From IMG/VR virus record IMGVR_UViG_3300022752_000071, positions 1 to 61,365 of that record: 61,365 bases of DNA, one strand, 5' to 3'. Source of the DNA: a virus (lineage: Duplodnaviria; Caudoviricetes). Shown here one piece after another: positions 27,750 through 38,262 of the stretch; the stretch's first letter is position 1; the number at the start of each line of letters is the position of its first letter. The translations under genes were made by a program, and so were the position numbers. Under the pieces are notes generated by a model that saw only the letters and a program-made list of their open reading frames with translations, was not told where the DNA came from and did not search any database.

Positions 27750-28673
27750 ATGGACGTCTTTCGTGATTTGCCTCGTCTGTCTTGGCGAGGCATCGAAGTT
27801 CCGGTCGCGGCGCGCAACGTCAGTTTCAGCCAGGACGTCGTTCGCCACAAGTACGCTTACTCGGACGGCGAACTGGTCGAATCTCTTGGCCGACGCAACT
27901 GGCGATTTCAGTACACGGTGCCGTTTCGCCAGGACATTACGAAGGGTCCGTACCGAAATTTGTTCATCGAAACGTACCCGGCGTTCCTTCGCGCGTGCCG
28001 AGACCGCACTGCCGGCGAGATGGTCGATCCTGTTCTCGGTACGTTCATGGTTCGTTGCGAGCAGGTCGAGACGACCAGCGACGTGAACAAGCGAGACGGC
28101 GACGACGTTCAGGTGGTCTTCGTGCATTCGCCCGATTTGGGAGACATTGACCAATTCGGTGCGCCGCTTGCCGGCTTGGACACCGCAGTCCAAGAAGGCA
28201 AAACGCTCAATTCGCAGGTCGCGAAAATCACCAACGCCGAACTTGAGCGGCTTCGTCTAGGGCAGTTCGACGGGGTGACGGAAGAGCTTGTTGGTGGGCT
28301 TGACGCGCTCGATCAAATCGCGGGCCTTGGTGCTCAATTGACGGCGTATGTCGATCGCGTCGAAGCGACGATCGCCAAGTACGAGCACAAGGTCAACAAG
28401 ATCGCTGACGTCCTCGCGCAGATCGACAAAAAGCTCCTGAATCCGGTGAACGCGCCGATCATCCGCACGGCTCTTCGGCAAATCGACACGCTGAACCGCT
28501 TCAATCCACTGGCGGACTTCCGGCTAATCGCCACTACGACGGTAGCACAAGACATTACCGCAACTGCTTTGGCAGCGCAGCTTGGCCTCACTGTTCAAGA
28601 ACTGATCACGCTGAACGCGAATTTGCCCCTGCCGCTCATTCCCGCCGGCACTACCGTGCGGTTCTACAAATGA
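27750..28673 (+). CDS. DNA circulation protein (Mu gpN-like) with LysM-like C-terminus
   Basis: SWRGI, H.Y...DG..VE.LGR, DP.LG; ELITLN...IPAGT. Confidence 0.8.
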   Translation: MDVFRDLPRLSWRGIEVPVAARNVSFSQDVVRHKYAYSDGELVESLGRRNWRFQYTVPFRQDITKGPYRNLFIETYPAFLRACRDRTAGEMVDPVLGTFMVRCEQVETTSDVNKRDGDDVQVVFVHSPDLGDIDQFGAPLAGLDTAVQEGKTLNSQVAKITNAELERLRLGQFDGVTEELVGGLDALDQIAGLGAQLTAYVDRVEATIAKYEHKVNKIADVLAQIDKKLLNPVNAPIIRTALRQIDTLNRFNPLADFRLIATTTVAQDITATALAAQLGLTVQELITLNANLPLPLIPAGTTVRFYK

Positions 28674-29995
28674 CGCAGCTAGACGAGCCTTCCCTGGGTG
28701 TTCAGTTCGAAGGACTGGACCTGACGACTTTCCGCATCAAGTCGTACAGCATCGACTCGGCTTACATGACGAGCACCGATGCCTTCTCGTTCACCATGTA
28801 CGAACCGGAAGGCGACGTCGATGCCACGAGATTTCGGGGTTTGGAGCTTCAGCCGGTGTCGCTGTACCTCGACGGAAATTTGCAGGTGCGCGGCCGCGTG
28901 GAGATCACGGAAGTCGGGCAAGGGCCGGGTCTCACCATCAAATGCGAAGGACGCGACTACATGGCCGACTTGGTCGAATGCCACGTCGACCCGGCGCTCG
29001 CTATCAGCGAAAACATGAAGCTGGAGCAAGTCGTCAAGTTGGCGGCTGGTCCTGTTGGCATCGACACGGTGTCGTTCGACGCCTCTGTTTGGCGTAATTC
29101 ACGGGTCGGTGTTTCGATCGAGACGCCGCTTGGCCCAAGAACTTTCCAGAACGCGCCGCTCAAGAACTACAAAGCCAACCCCGGAGAAGGGATCTTTCAG
29201 TTCCTCTCTCGGATTTGCGCCCGTTTCGGCTGCACCGTTCAGCCGACGATGGAGCGGAACAGCGTGCTGCTAGGTGCTCCTGACTACGTGCAGTCTCCCG
29301 CGTACTCGGTTCAGCGGAGCATCAGCAGCCCGACGGCGGCTTCCAACAACGTGCTTCGAGCAGTCGCTCGCCGCAATTACACCAAGTACCCTACCGTGGC
29401 TTTGGTGAGTGGCAGGACGGGAGGCGTGGGGGAAGGCCGCGTAACGGTTTCGGCGACGAGCGCGTTGGAGGCCAACACGATCGCGACATACCGGCGAGCT
29501 TCTTCCGAGAACTTCGGCTCTGCCAAGGCCACAATCATTTCTTCGGTGCCCCAAGCACCACAAGAAACGACAATCATTCCCAGCAACGTCCAGCAAACAA
29601 TCCTCGATTTGCTGCCGGAAGACGTCTCAATCATTACGCAGCGGATTTTGCCAAAGTCCAACTACGTCCCGACGAACGCGCTTTACCGCTTGTTCTACAT
29701 GCGCGACAACATTGGCAAGGACGTCAACCAGATCATGAACGTCGCCGCGCGCGCGGCAGCGGAGCGCCTGAAAGATTGCCTTCAGTACGAGATCGTTTTC
29801 CGCGGGCACAAGGACGTCGCTACTGGTCGAACGTATGCCGTCGATACGGTGATCCAAGTCGAAGACGAAGTGTGTGACATCAGCGGTTTGCTGTGGGTGG
29901 AGCACGTTCGTTTCAACTACGACGAGAATGAAGGGCCGACGACTACGTTGACCTGCTGGCGTCCCGGTTCGTTCGGGATTGGAGCACAGGAATGA
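28670..29995 (+). CDS. Baseplate hub (Mu gpP-like)
   Basis: SYSIDS....DAFSF, GRD..ADLVEC, PGE. Confidence 0.8.
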   Translation: MTQLDEPSLGVQFEGLDLTTFRIKSYSIDSAYMTSTDAFSFTMYEPEGDVDATRFRGLELQPVSLYLDGNLQVRGRVEITEVGQGPGLTIKCEGRDYMADLVECHVDPALAISENMKLEQVVKLAAGPVGIDTVSFDASVWRNSRVGVSIETPLGPRTFQNAPLKNYKANPGEGIFQFLSRICARFGCTVQPTMERNSVLLGAPDYVQSPAYSVQRSISSPTAASNNVLRAVARRNYTKYPTVALVSGRTGGVGEGRVTVSATSALEANTIATYRRASSENFGSAKATIISSVPQAPQETTIIPSNVQQTILDLLPEDVSIITQRILPKSNYVPTNALYRLFYMRDNIGKDVNQIMNVAARAAAERLKDCLQYEIVFRGHKDVATGRTYAVDTVIQVEDEVCDISGLLWVEHVRFNYDENEGPTTTLTCWRPGSFGIGAQE

Positions 29996-30708
29996 ACGTC
30001 GACATCTGCCAGATCAACACCTCGAAGCTCGACGACGAAACGAAGCTTCCGCTCATTGAAGCGTTCGTGCCGATCACCAGCGACGAAGACTACGAGTCTT
30101 TCGGCGAGGTCGGCAGCTACCAAGCACTTGGGCTGTCTGTGCTGCCGTACCCGCCCAGTGACGTCGGATTCGCTGAAGGCGTCATTCTGCGCGACGTGGG
30201 GGCCTTCAACGGAGCAATCGTCGGCGCACGCGATCCGCGGTGCGCGGGTGTGGTCGCCTCGATGCAGCCGGGAGATGCCGTCCTGCATTCTTGCGACCCC
30301 GAAGCGAAAGCGCAGGTCCGCTGCCACGCGAATCGCCAAGTGGCGCTGGTCACCGAAGGCACGGACTCCAACACAATCGCGTTGGTTTTGGACGGCGGCG
30401 CGGACAAAGTCCAGATCGCGGCGTTTGGCGGGCTGATTCAAATGTCCCCGGACGGCATTGCGCTCATTGCCCCCGAAGGCAAAAGCTCGATCCTTCTTAA
30501 CAAAAACGGCACGATTAGCATTTTGGGTAAGGTGCAAATGGGTGGCACCACAGGGTCGCACAACGTACTTGCTGCTAGGGACTCGTTGTTAACAGCGTTC
30601 AAGGCATTGCCAACGGCTGACGTTGACGCTCCCCAGTGCAGCGCCGCTTTGACCGCGCTGAAAACGCTGCTGCTGACAGCCGGCAACATGACCGTCGAGG
30701 GCAAATGA
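29992..30708 (+). CDS. Baseplate spike (Mu gp45-like)
   Basis: D.R.....MQPGD..L and beta-repeat C-terminal region. Confidence 0.7.
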   Translation: MNVDICQINTSKLDDETKLPLIEAFVPITSDEDYESFGEVGSYQALGLSVLPYPPSDVGFAEGVILRDVGAFNGAIVGARDPRCAGVVASMQPGDAVLHSCDPEAKAQVRCHANRQVALVTEGTDSNTIALVLDGGADKVQIAAFGGLIQMSPDGIALIAPEGKSSILLNKNGTISILGKVQMGGTTGSHNVLAARDSLLTAFKALPTADVDAPQCSAALTALKTLLLTAGNMTVEGK

Positions 30709-31016
30709 GCGCCTGCAAGTTCCCGGCACTGCAACTTGCCCCTCTGCCGGCATTGAAACTTACGCCGCTTCCTGCTTTGACGCTTCCGTCGTTCCAGGCA
30801 CCGCAACTCCCCAAGTTGCCGCCGATGCCTTCGATTGCCCCTCTGCCGGCATTGAAACTTACGCCGCTTCCTGCTTTGACGCTTCCGTCGTTCCAGGCAC
30901 CGCAACTCCCCAAGTTGCCGCCGATGCCTTCGATTGCCCCTCTGCCGGCATTAAAACTTACGCCGCTTCCTGCTTTGACGCTTCCGTCGTTTACGATACC
31001 CTGCCCCTTGGACTGA
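30705..31016 (+). CDS. Pro/Leu-rich repeat protein
   Basis: ATGA-coupled; 33-aa repeats; one Cys near each end. Confidence 0.65.
   Translation: MSACKFPALQLAPLPALKLTPLPALTLPSFQAPQLPKLPPMPSIAPLPALKLTPLPALTLPSFQAPQLPKLPPMPSIAPLPALKLTPLPALTLPSFTIPCPLD
30736..30991. repeat. 99-bp tandem repeat, about 2.6 copies
   Basis: Units at 30736, 30835, 30934, near identical. Confidence 0.95.
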
Positions 31017-31020
31017 ACCG

Positions 31021-31470
31021 ATGGTTTCCGGCTCTCCTGTAGGTTCGACGCCGTTCGCGATGGCGGCTCCCGTTGCTGCACCCGCAGCGGCAACGCAGGG
31101 ACCGGCTTTGTCTCGCTACATCAATCCTGGCAGCGGCGACTACCAAATCGATTCGTACGTCGGGCAGTTAGCCGGCATGCCGACACTTCGGCAGCGCGTG
31201 CTTCTCATCCTGAATACTGAGTACGGGTCTTCGAGCGCGCTTCCGACTCTTGGCATTCGCCGCCCCGCGAAGATCACCGAATCGTTCGTGGCCGAGACGC
31301 GCGCGGCGATTCGTCAAGCATTCTATCGACTCACGGATGTCGAACGCATCATGCAGATCGACAACATCTTCATCATCAAGCAATCTGGCGGACGTGTTGA
31401 GATCACGATCGAGTACCGAGACTTGACCGTTCTTTCGCCCACCCCGCAGCTTGCGACGAGGACGATCTAA
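31021..31470 (+). CDS. Baseplate wedge (gp25/gp46-like)
   Basis: QRV.L.L.T..GS. Confidence 0.75.
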   Translation: MVSGSPVGSTPFAMAAPVAAPAAATQGPALSRYINPGSGDYQIDSYVGQLAGMPTLRQRVLLILNTEYGSSSALPTLGIRRPAKITESFVAETRAAIRQAFYRLTDVERIMQIDNIFIIKQSGGRVEITIEYRDLTVLSPTPQLATRTI

Positions 31471-32984
31471 TGGCGCTGCCTACCGACCGCTTCTATGTTC
31501 CGGCGACTGCTGGAGAAATCCGTGACGATTTCCTTGTCGACGTGCGACTCGAAGCGCGGAAATTCGCAGACGAATCGCAGGTCGATCGCATCACTCGCCC
31601 CGGTACTGATTGGCACATTCTCGCGACGGCTGTCGGCAATCTGGGGATTCTGCAATACAGCAACATCCAGAAGGCAGACATCAACTCGAACCTTCTGACG
31701 GCGACCGGGGAAAGCCTCGACGAGATTCGGGCTTCTTTTGGCCTCGCCGAAATCAGCCCCGCTCCTGCTACTGGAAGCGTTGTTGTGACCATTCCGGCCT
31801 CTGGCGCTACGGCCAACTTCAACAACGACCAGCTTGTTTTGCCGAACGGACGACGCGCCCAGGTTGATGGCGTTCACATCAGCGTGCCCGATCAGGGCGA
31901 GGTGCCCGTCATCACGATCGACAAGGGCTCGGACTGCAACGCAGAAGCCGGAACTGTCGTTCGGTTCGTCTCGCCGCCTATCAACGTCCGTTCTGAAGCC
32001 AAGGTCAGCACCAATGACCCTCTGACCGGCGGCGCGGACGAAGAGACGGACGAACGCAAACGCGACCGCATCCTGAATCGGCTCCGCAACATCCCGGCGG
32101 GAGGGAACTGGGGATTCGTCGTCGAGACGTCGCTGAACGCTTTGGCAACGGTGCAGTACGCTTTCGTCTATCCGGCGCTCGGCGGTCCTGGCAGCACCAA
32201 GGTCGCTCTCGTCAAAGACATCGACCCCGATCAGTACGATTTCTCCCGCGCGCTTTCGGCGCAGGCGACATCCATCGTACGAAACGCCCTGCACGCGAAC
32301 ATGCCCGACGAGATGGAGATCGTCGTTTCGACCGTCATCGAGCAGCAGACCAACGTCGCCATTTCAGCCGTACTGCCCAATGCCGTCACGGCTGGCGGCA
32401 ACGGGTTCGGTTGGCTTGATGCGACACCTTGGCCGCAGTCTTTCGGCGGTCCCGTACTCATCAATGCCGTCTCCAACGGCGGCAAGACGATTGACATCCT
32501 GACCGCATCCACCGCGCCGATCGCCGGGCAAACGCACATCGCATGGTGGAGTCGAGTGGACCAAGCATTCTACGTGAGACTGATTGTCTCGTTCGTCGTC
32601 ATCGGCGGCGGGTACCGCATCACGTTCGACGAGGCGCTGACCGACCACAACAACGCCACCGCGCAAGTTGGTGAGTACATCAGCCCTGCCGCCGTCAACT
32701 CGACGCAGTACGGCAAAACTTGGCAGACCAGCATGCGACGAACAGGTCCGGGCGAGAGCACCACGGACGTCAATCGCTTGCCGCGCGCACTTCGCCGGCC
32801 TTTTGCCACCGAGGATTGGTATCCTTCGCTGTCCGTCAAGCAGCTAAACGAGATGTCTTCGGCACACTCTGAAATCTCCGATCTGTCCTGGCTCTATCGG
32901 TCGGCCACCTCGCCGGCAACCGCTACTCCGACGACAGGCCCGTACATTCTCGTCCCCGGCCATTTCGGGATCTACAAGCAATGA
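31470..32984 (+). CDS. Baseplate J-like protein
   Basis: TATGE.LD, G...NA.AG, TGGADEETDE..R.R, GGN, GPG. Confidence 0.88.
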   Translation: MALPTDRFYVPATAGEIRDDFLVDVRLEARKFADESQVDRITRPGTDWHILATAVGNLGILQYSNIQKADINSNLLTATGESLDEIRASFGLAEISPAPATGSVVVTIPASGATANFNNDQLVLPNGRRAQVDGVHISVPDQGEVPVITIDKGSDCNAEAGTVVRFVSPPINVRSEAKVSTNDPLTGGADEETDERKRDRILNRLRNIPAGGNWGFVVETSLNALATVQYAFVYPALGGPGSTKVALVKDIDPDQYDFSRALSAQATSIVRNALHANMPDEMEIVVSTVIEQQTNVAISAVLPNAVTAGGNGFGWLDATPWPQSFGGPVLINAVSNGGKTIDILTASTAPIAGQTHIAWWSRVDQAFYVRLIVSFVVIGGGYRITFDEALTDHNNATAQVGEYISPAAVNSTQYGKTWQTSMRRTGPGESTTDVNRLPRALRRPFATEDWYPSLSVKQLNEMSSAHSEISDLSWLYRSATSPATATPTTGPYILVPGHFGIYKQ

Positions 32985-33514
32985 GCATCACCCCCACCGG
33001 CTATCCTGTTTGGGTTCGCGCGAATGGCCACACCGCCTATGGTGGGCACATCAATAAGACCAACTACCAATCGGTAGGGACGGTCAATCCACGCACGGAT
33101 CTCAGCGCGGAAAATCTTTGCCGCATCGCCGCCGATCTTGCGGCAGTGGCGCGAACCGCGCCGTTTTCGGTGTGTACGTTTCAATGCAGCGACGCCGTAC
33201 CGGCCGCGCCTACATTGAGCACGTACTACGCGATGGCCGGCAATCCCCCCACGGCTACGCGCAACGGCAACGGCGACGTCAGTTTTCTTTGGCAAGACAG
33301 CTACGCCGACGACTACGGCGTGATTGCAAACGCGAACATCATCGCCGCGGTCGGTACGGTGCTGACGCCTGCCGCAACTCCCGGCTACGTCACGACGGAA
33401 ATCAGCGATGCCGACGCCGACGGTGTGAACGACACCGTTCGCGTTCGCGTGTTCGACGAAAACGGCATGGCTGTCTCGAACGCGGTTGTCTCGCTCATTA
33501 CTTGGACGGGTTGA
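32981..33514 (+). CDS. Baseplate/tail protein (paralog of next gene)
   Basis: Synteny; shared motifs. Confidence 0.65.
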   Translation: MSITPTGYPVWVRANGHTAYGGHINKTNYQSVGTVNPRTDLSAENLCRIAADLAAVARTAPFSVCTFQCSDAVPAAPTLSTYYAMAGNPPTATRNGNGDVSFLWQDSYADDYGVIANANIIAAVGTVLTPAATPGYVTTEISDADADGVNDTVRVRVFDENGMAVSNAVVSLITWTG

Positions 33515-33517
33515 AGC

Positions 33518-33970
33518 ATGCCGCTAGGAGGATTCGCCCCCTGCCCCTTGCCGCTTGGCGGGACCGCTCTTGACGGGCTCACCGCGGAACAGCACGCGCG
33601 GCTTGCGTCGGACCTTCGTTCGGTGATTCAGACCGCGCCCTTTGCGGTGATCCGCTTCTCTACCAACAGCACCGTCCCTCTCGCCTATCTCGGGCAACAC
33701 GACGTCGGCATTCCGGCTGCGCCGACGATTACGCTTCTCGGCGCGGGACGTGTTCGCTTGACGTGGAACACGTCTTATCGAGACGAGTACGATAACGCCT
33801 TCGCGGTCAATTTCCGAACGGTTGCCGCATCTGCCGCGTTCAGCGGAGGCAACGCGCCCGCAGTGAACGCGATCATACAAACCACGAACATGATGGAAGT
33901 ACACGCTTTCATCGTCGTGGCGGGTATTCCGACCTTCGTCAACACCGACGTTTCGCTGGTGGTGTGGTAA
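33518..33970 (+). CDS. Baseplate/tail protein (paralog of previous gene)
   Basis: Synteny; shared motifs. Confidence 0.65.
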   Translation: MPLGGFAPCPLPLGGTALDGLTAEQHARLASDLRSVIQTAPFAVIRFSTNSTVPLAYLGQHDVGIPAAPTITLLGAGRVRLTWNTSYRDEYDNAFAVNFRTVAASAAFSGGNAPAVNAIIQTTNMMEVHAFIVVAGIPTFVNTDVSLVVW

Positions 33971-34755
33971 TGGCAACGCAAGTGACGACCAAACTCGAAG
34001 GACAGCCGACATGGTCGCGTTCGCGAGTGCTTGGCCATTACGGCGCTGCTCCCGACAAGATGAACAGCCAAACCGAGGCGCGCGTGCCGTACGCCTGGGT
34101 GTTCTACCGGGAACTTCGCGCCGCGCGAGGTAGTGCCTACCGCACCGTTTACGACGGAGAGAAGACGGGCCTAGTCCATTCCGAGAACCTTGCGCTTTCC
34201 CGAAGCGAGGCCGCTCGTTGGCGCTCTGCCGACAAGATCGCGAACAACTCGTTGCCGGTGACGAGCGACGAGCGTCTGTTTTCGTGGCAGCAAATTCTCG
34301 GCGTCGAAGTTTCGCCGACGGACACTCGACACGACATTCGGTTGCGGTGCGCGGCCAAGTACCGCGCGAACACGGGCTGTTCGATTCGTGCGGTGGACGA
34401 AGCCGTCGCGCAGTTGCTCGGCGATCTCTTTGTTCGTTGCTGGCGGTACGACGGAACCGACCTCGATACGCCGCCTTCGCCGACGTTTCCTACGTATTCG
34501 CCCTACACAACGGGGCCGGTCGCGTACAGTCTCGGAGGAACGGCATGGCTTTCAGCACGGTGCCATCTTCTGGTAGAAGTCCAGCGCCCGCCGACGATGT
34601 CGCTCCAGACTTTCTTGGAAAGAACGAACGTCCAGCTTTTCGAGTTGCTCGATGCCTTGCTGCCGGCATGGGCGACGTTTGATTGGTCCACGAACGTCAC
34701 CGGATCGGGCTTCCTGCTCGACATCAGCAGTCTAGACTTTGACGGAATGTACTAG
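33970..34755 (+). CDS. Baseplate protein (Mu gp48 / YmfQ-like)
   Basis: L..WQ.ILG, R.R..AK, LLPAW. Confidence 0.7.
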   Translation: MATQVTTKLEGQPTWSRSRVLGHYGAAPDKMNSQTEARVPYAWVFYRELRAARGSAYRTVYDGEKTGLVHSENLALSRSEAARWRSADKIANNSLPVTSDERLFSWQQILGVEVSPTDTRHDIRLRCAAKYRANTGCSIRAVDEAVAQLLGDLFVRCWRYDGTDLDTPPSPTFPTYSPYTTGPVAYSLGGTAWLSARCHLLVEVQRPPTMSLQTFLERTNVQLFELLDALLPAWATFDWSTNVTGSGFLLDISSLDFDGMY

Positions 34756-34766
34756 GGAGAACTCCG

Positions 34767-35591
34767 ATGACTCTTGTCGATCCTACTGGCGGTCTTGGGT
34801 ATTCGTACGGGCAGAAGTTGCCCAGCACGCACATGAGCACGCTGGTGACGCAGCAGCCGAACGCGCTCGACATCGTCAACGGCGGCACCTACGAACTGAT
34901 CAGCAGCGGGAGTAATCTTGAAATTACCTACAATCGCGACGTCGAGCACACCTACAACGAGGATTTGACGATAACAGCCGGTTTGGCGACTAGCGTATCT
35001 GTCTTGACGCCTTCCGGGTCGACCTCTGTGAATGCCCCGACGATTGCCTGGACTTCTGCTAACTCGTCTTGGCTATTTGCCGATTGGACCGTTGCCGCAA
35101 CGGGAAGAATCTCGTTCGACTCAAACGAAGACTTGTATATCGACGTTCAAGCAGATCCCGCAGATACTACCATTTCCGGTCGCATTCTTGGATTGGCGGA
35201 CTTTGTTTTTCAGAACACGTCCGCGAGCACCCATGTTCCAGCGGTGCGCGTCCCAGGCTTGGCGATTACAAGCATCGCACCAAGCATCGTTACGACAGAC
35301 GCAAATCACAATGTCGCGTACCGATACTCTCGCTACAACATCAACACCACGGCTCCGCGCGACATTACGTTGCCCAACGCAGTTGCGGGATCTGTGTACG
35401 TCGTTTCTATGGCAAACGGCGGCGGTGTTTTTTCGCTCAACTTGAGAGGGCCGGGGGGCTCCGTTGTCGGCGCTGTTCCGGCAGGTTCTCAGGTTTGCTA
35501 CGTCGTGATGTACTGGGCCACCAACTCGCCTAGAGTCATCGCGCTTGTCAACGGCACGACGTTCGTGCCAATCGGCAACTACACCACTTGA
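34767..35591 (+). CDS. Tail fibre-like protein
   Basis: Synteny; S/T/N-rich; ITLPNA. Confidence 0.6.
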   Translation: MTLVDPTGGLGYSYGQKLPSTHMSTLVTQQPNALDIVNGGTYELISSGSNLEITYNRDVEHTYNEDLTITAGLATSVSVLTPSGSTSVNAPTIAWTSANSSWLFADWTVAATGRISFDSNEDLYIDVQADPADTTISGRILGLADFVFQNTSASTHVPAVRVPGLAITSIAPSIVTTDANHNVAYRYSRYNINTTAPRDITLPNAVAGSVYVVSMANGGGVFSLNLRGPGGSVVGAVPAGSQVCYVVMYWATNSPRVIALVNGTTFVPIGNYTT

Positions 35592-35603
35592 CGGAAAAAC
35601 CTC

Positions 35604-36755
35604 GTGACGATCACGCTGACGACGACTCCGACTTACGCCCTGCCGAATCCGGCGGTGCAGGTTACCGCCAGCGTCGCGCTGCCGACGACGTGCGACTTCA
35701 TCCGACTTTGGTGTGTCGCGGCTCCTGAAGGCAGCACGCTCTACAAGCAGCTTCAGAAAACGGAGTCGTCGCGAGTTCAGATCACGCCGCCGAACGCGCC
35801 GGTAGAAGGCGGCATTCTCCCCGAAGTGCCGTTTTCGGTCACGTTGGACGTCGGCGGTCGGTACATCTTTGTCGGGCAAGAGTACGAGTACGGCGCGACG
35901 ACGTACGGCGGTGGTTACTCCAATGCTCCCGCGGCGTACACGCCGGAGACCAAACTCGGTGCTGAACAGACGCTTTACGTCTACATCGGCCAGCGCATGA
36001 CGCAGCGCATCGGTGCCACGACTTACGGCACCGCGGCGCTCCTCGTGTATGTGTGGAACGACACCATCCGCGAAACGACCAGCACACTTCAAGGTGTCGT
36101 CTCTCCGGCGATCATCTCACCAAGCTCTCCGCGCGCCTCAAGTGCCGCGCAGTCTGCTGGAGTGCTGACGCAGCTTCTTCTGTTTCGGAATGCGGCAGTT
36201 TCCACGCTTGCCCCGAATCTTCAGCCGCTTGTTGCGGAATTGGTGACGAAGATCCCGCAGCACATGACCAACGACACCAACAACTGGCACGCCGATCCGT
36301 TCGGCTTGCCGGCGTATCCTGACTTGGTCGATAGCGTCGAGATCGAGAACCTCTCGACGCGCTGCGAGACGCCGTTGGCGTTAGCGGTGGCCGTACGAAC
36401 CATCGCCTCGTGGCTGAAACTTCACCAAGCGAACGGCTATTCTGGCCAAGAAAATTACCACAACGATCCCGACGTCACGAACGCCTTCGTGACGGAGGGC
36501 GCGGGTGATGAGTCCGATCCGGCAGTGTCTTTGGCGACGCTGGCCGACATCGTTCGCGTGTATGAAGCGCATCGCGTCGATGCGACTTCGCACACGATTC
36601 CTGACGTCGTCCATTCCATCACGACGGTTTTGGGGCCGCTCCTGACGCTCCACAAAGAGTTCCTATCCGCGATGGCCACGTTGACGCCGACCGCCTCCGG
36701 CGGTGAACAGACGGGCACGGTTCAACTGAGTGCGCTCGGTTTCAAATTGGGGTGA
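35604..36755 (+). CDS. Hypothetical virion protein
   Basis: 383-aa ORF in fibre region. Confidence 0.65.
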   Translation: MTITLTTTPTYALPNPAVQVTASVALPTTCDFIRLWCVAAPEGSTLYKQLQKTESSRVQITPPNAPVEGGILPEVPFSVTLDVGGRYIFVGQEYEYGATTYGGGYSNAPAAYTPETKLGAEQTLYVYIGQRMTQRIGATTYGTAALLVYVWNDTIRETTSTLQGVVSPAIISPSSPRASSAAQSAGVLTQLLLFRNAAVSTLAPNLQPLVAELVTKIPQHMTNDTNNWHADPFGLPAYPDLVDSVEIENLSTRCETPLALAVAVRTIASWLKLHQANGYSGQENYHNDPDVTNAFVTEGAGDESDPAVSLATLADIVRVYEAHRVDATSHTIPDVVHSITTVLGPLLTLHKEFLSAMATLTPTASGGEQTGTVQLSALGFKLG

Positions 36756-36758
36756 ACA

Positions 36759-37424
36759 ATGGCCGGTATCCTCGCAAATTCCGCTTCTGAAACGATGACC
36801 GCGGGGGATACCGCGGTCGATAATGCGCGCTCGGGCTATGTCGTCGGTGAGCGGGTGACGCTCTCTACGACGCCCACGGGCACCACGTACTCGTGGGCGA
36901 TGGCGAAGCCGGGCGGTGCGACTAGCCGCAGCGATTTGACCGACACGGACACGGCAAGTCCGACGTTCGTGCCGGATTACGCCGGCACATGGACGATCAC
37001 TTGCATCGTCGATGGTTCGACGACGTACGTGCTTCGCATCACCGCCACGGCGGTTGCAATCACGTCGGTGGCAAACGCCCACAGGTTCAGCCCGACCGCG
37101 AACAACTCCATCCCTGCGCCCGCGCTCGGATTGACGCTGTTCTGCTCCAGCGACGCGAATAGCCAGCTTCGCGTCAAGAACGCTGCGGGCGCGGTTTTGG
37201 CGCTCGATGCGGCCTCGGCCCGCACCGGGACGTTCGTCCTTTCGGCGGGGACGGTCACCGTGGCGAACACTTCTGTTACGTCCACAACGACCGTCGTCGC
37301 GAACTGCACTACTGCTAGCAACCAGGGGCAGCTTCGGTATACGTTCAACGCGGGCGTCGGATTCACAGTCACCAGTGACAATCCGTCGGACGCAAGCTCG
37401 TATCGTTTCGCGCTGCTTGGGTGA
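36759..37424 (+). CDS. Ig/PKD-like structural protein
   Basis: TYSW...P.G, SPTF.PD.AG.W.I. Confidence 0.65.
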   Translation: MAGILANSASETMTAGDTAVDNARSGYVVGERVTLSTTPTGTTYSWAMAKPGGATSRSDLTDTDTASPTFVPDYAGTWTITCIVDGSTTYVLRITATAVAITSVANAHRFSPTANNSIPAPALGLTLFCSSDANSQLRVKNAAGAVLALDAASARTGTFVLSAGTVTVANTSVTSTTTVVANCTTASNQGQLRYTFNAGVGFTVTSDNPSDASSYRFALLG

Positions 37425-37427
37425 TTC

Positions 37428-38258
37428 ATGGCGACTGCAAGTGCTCTTTTCCAAATCGACCCCGGAACGGGCGTTTACGGCGCTTCAGGCGTTGCCCAAA
37501 ATGCGGCGGCAGGAGCGACGATCAACTGTCGGCTCACTTCCACGTTGGGCGTCGATTCAGTCACTTGGCGAATCTTCGGCACGAGCGGCACCGCGACGCC
37601 GGTTCTGACGTTCTCCGGCTCACCGCCGGGGCAGATCGCCACTTTCACTCTGCCGGCAGGCGCAGGGCAGGCGTACGGCGTTGAATGCAAAGTCAACGGC
37701 GGCACGGGCGCTGAGTTCGGCGACACCAAGAAGAGCGCCGTCTACGTTCTGGATGCTGCCGCGCAACGCCCGTTCTTCATCGGCGAGACGTTCGAGTCGG
37801 ACGCGACGTTCGGCGTCGTGCCCCGACTCAACACGGCTTTTGCCAACGCCGGTGCGGCGGTTGCGCTGACCGTGCCCTTTTGGACGAAGTACACCGTCAC
37901 GTACACGCAACTCTCCGCTGCGGCGCTCACGAACAACATCCAACTGTTCTCGCTTGGTGCGAGGCAAACCGTTCACGCCGTCGTCATTCAACACACGGCG
38001 TCGTTTACGGGCGGCGCGATTGCTACGTACACGTTGAGCGTCGGCATTACCGGAACGCTTAACAAGTACGCGAGTGCGTTCAACGTGTTTCAGGCACCGG
38101 GCAATACTGTCCTTCAGTCTTCCGGCGGCGCGTTTACGGAGAACACCGGCGCTTCTACGAGCGTGCGCGTCGCGGCAACTAGCACGGGGGCGAACTTGAG
38201 CGCGGCCACCGCCGGCTCGGCGACCATTTGGGTTCTGACCAGCACTTTGCCGGTGTGA
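37428..38258 (+). CDS. Putative fibre/structural protein
   Basis: T/A/G-rich beta protein. Confidence 0.65.
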   Translation: MATASALFQIDPGTGVYGASGVAQNAAAGATINCRLTSTLGVDSVTWRIFGTSGTATPVLTFSGSPPGQIATFTLPAGAGQAYGVECKVNGGTGAEFGDTKKSAVYVLDAAAQRPFFIGETFESDATFGVVPRLNTAFANAGAAVALTVPFWTKYTVTYTQLSAAALTNNIQLFSLGARQTVHAVVIQHTASFTGGAIATYTLSVGITGTLNKYASAFNVFQAPGNTVLQSSGGAFTENTGASTSVRVAATSTGANLSAATAGSATIWVLTSTLPV

Positions 38259-38262
38259 GATT

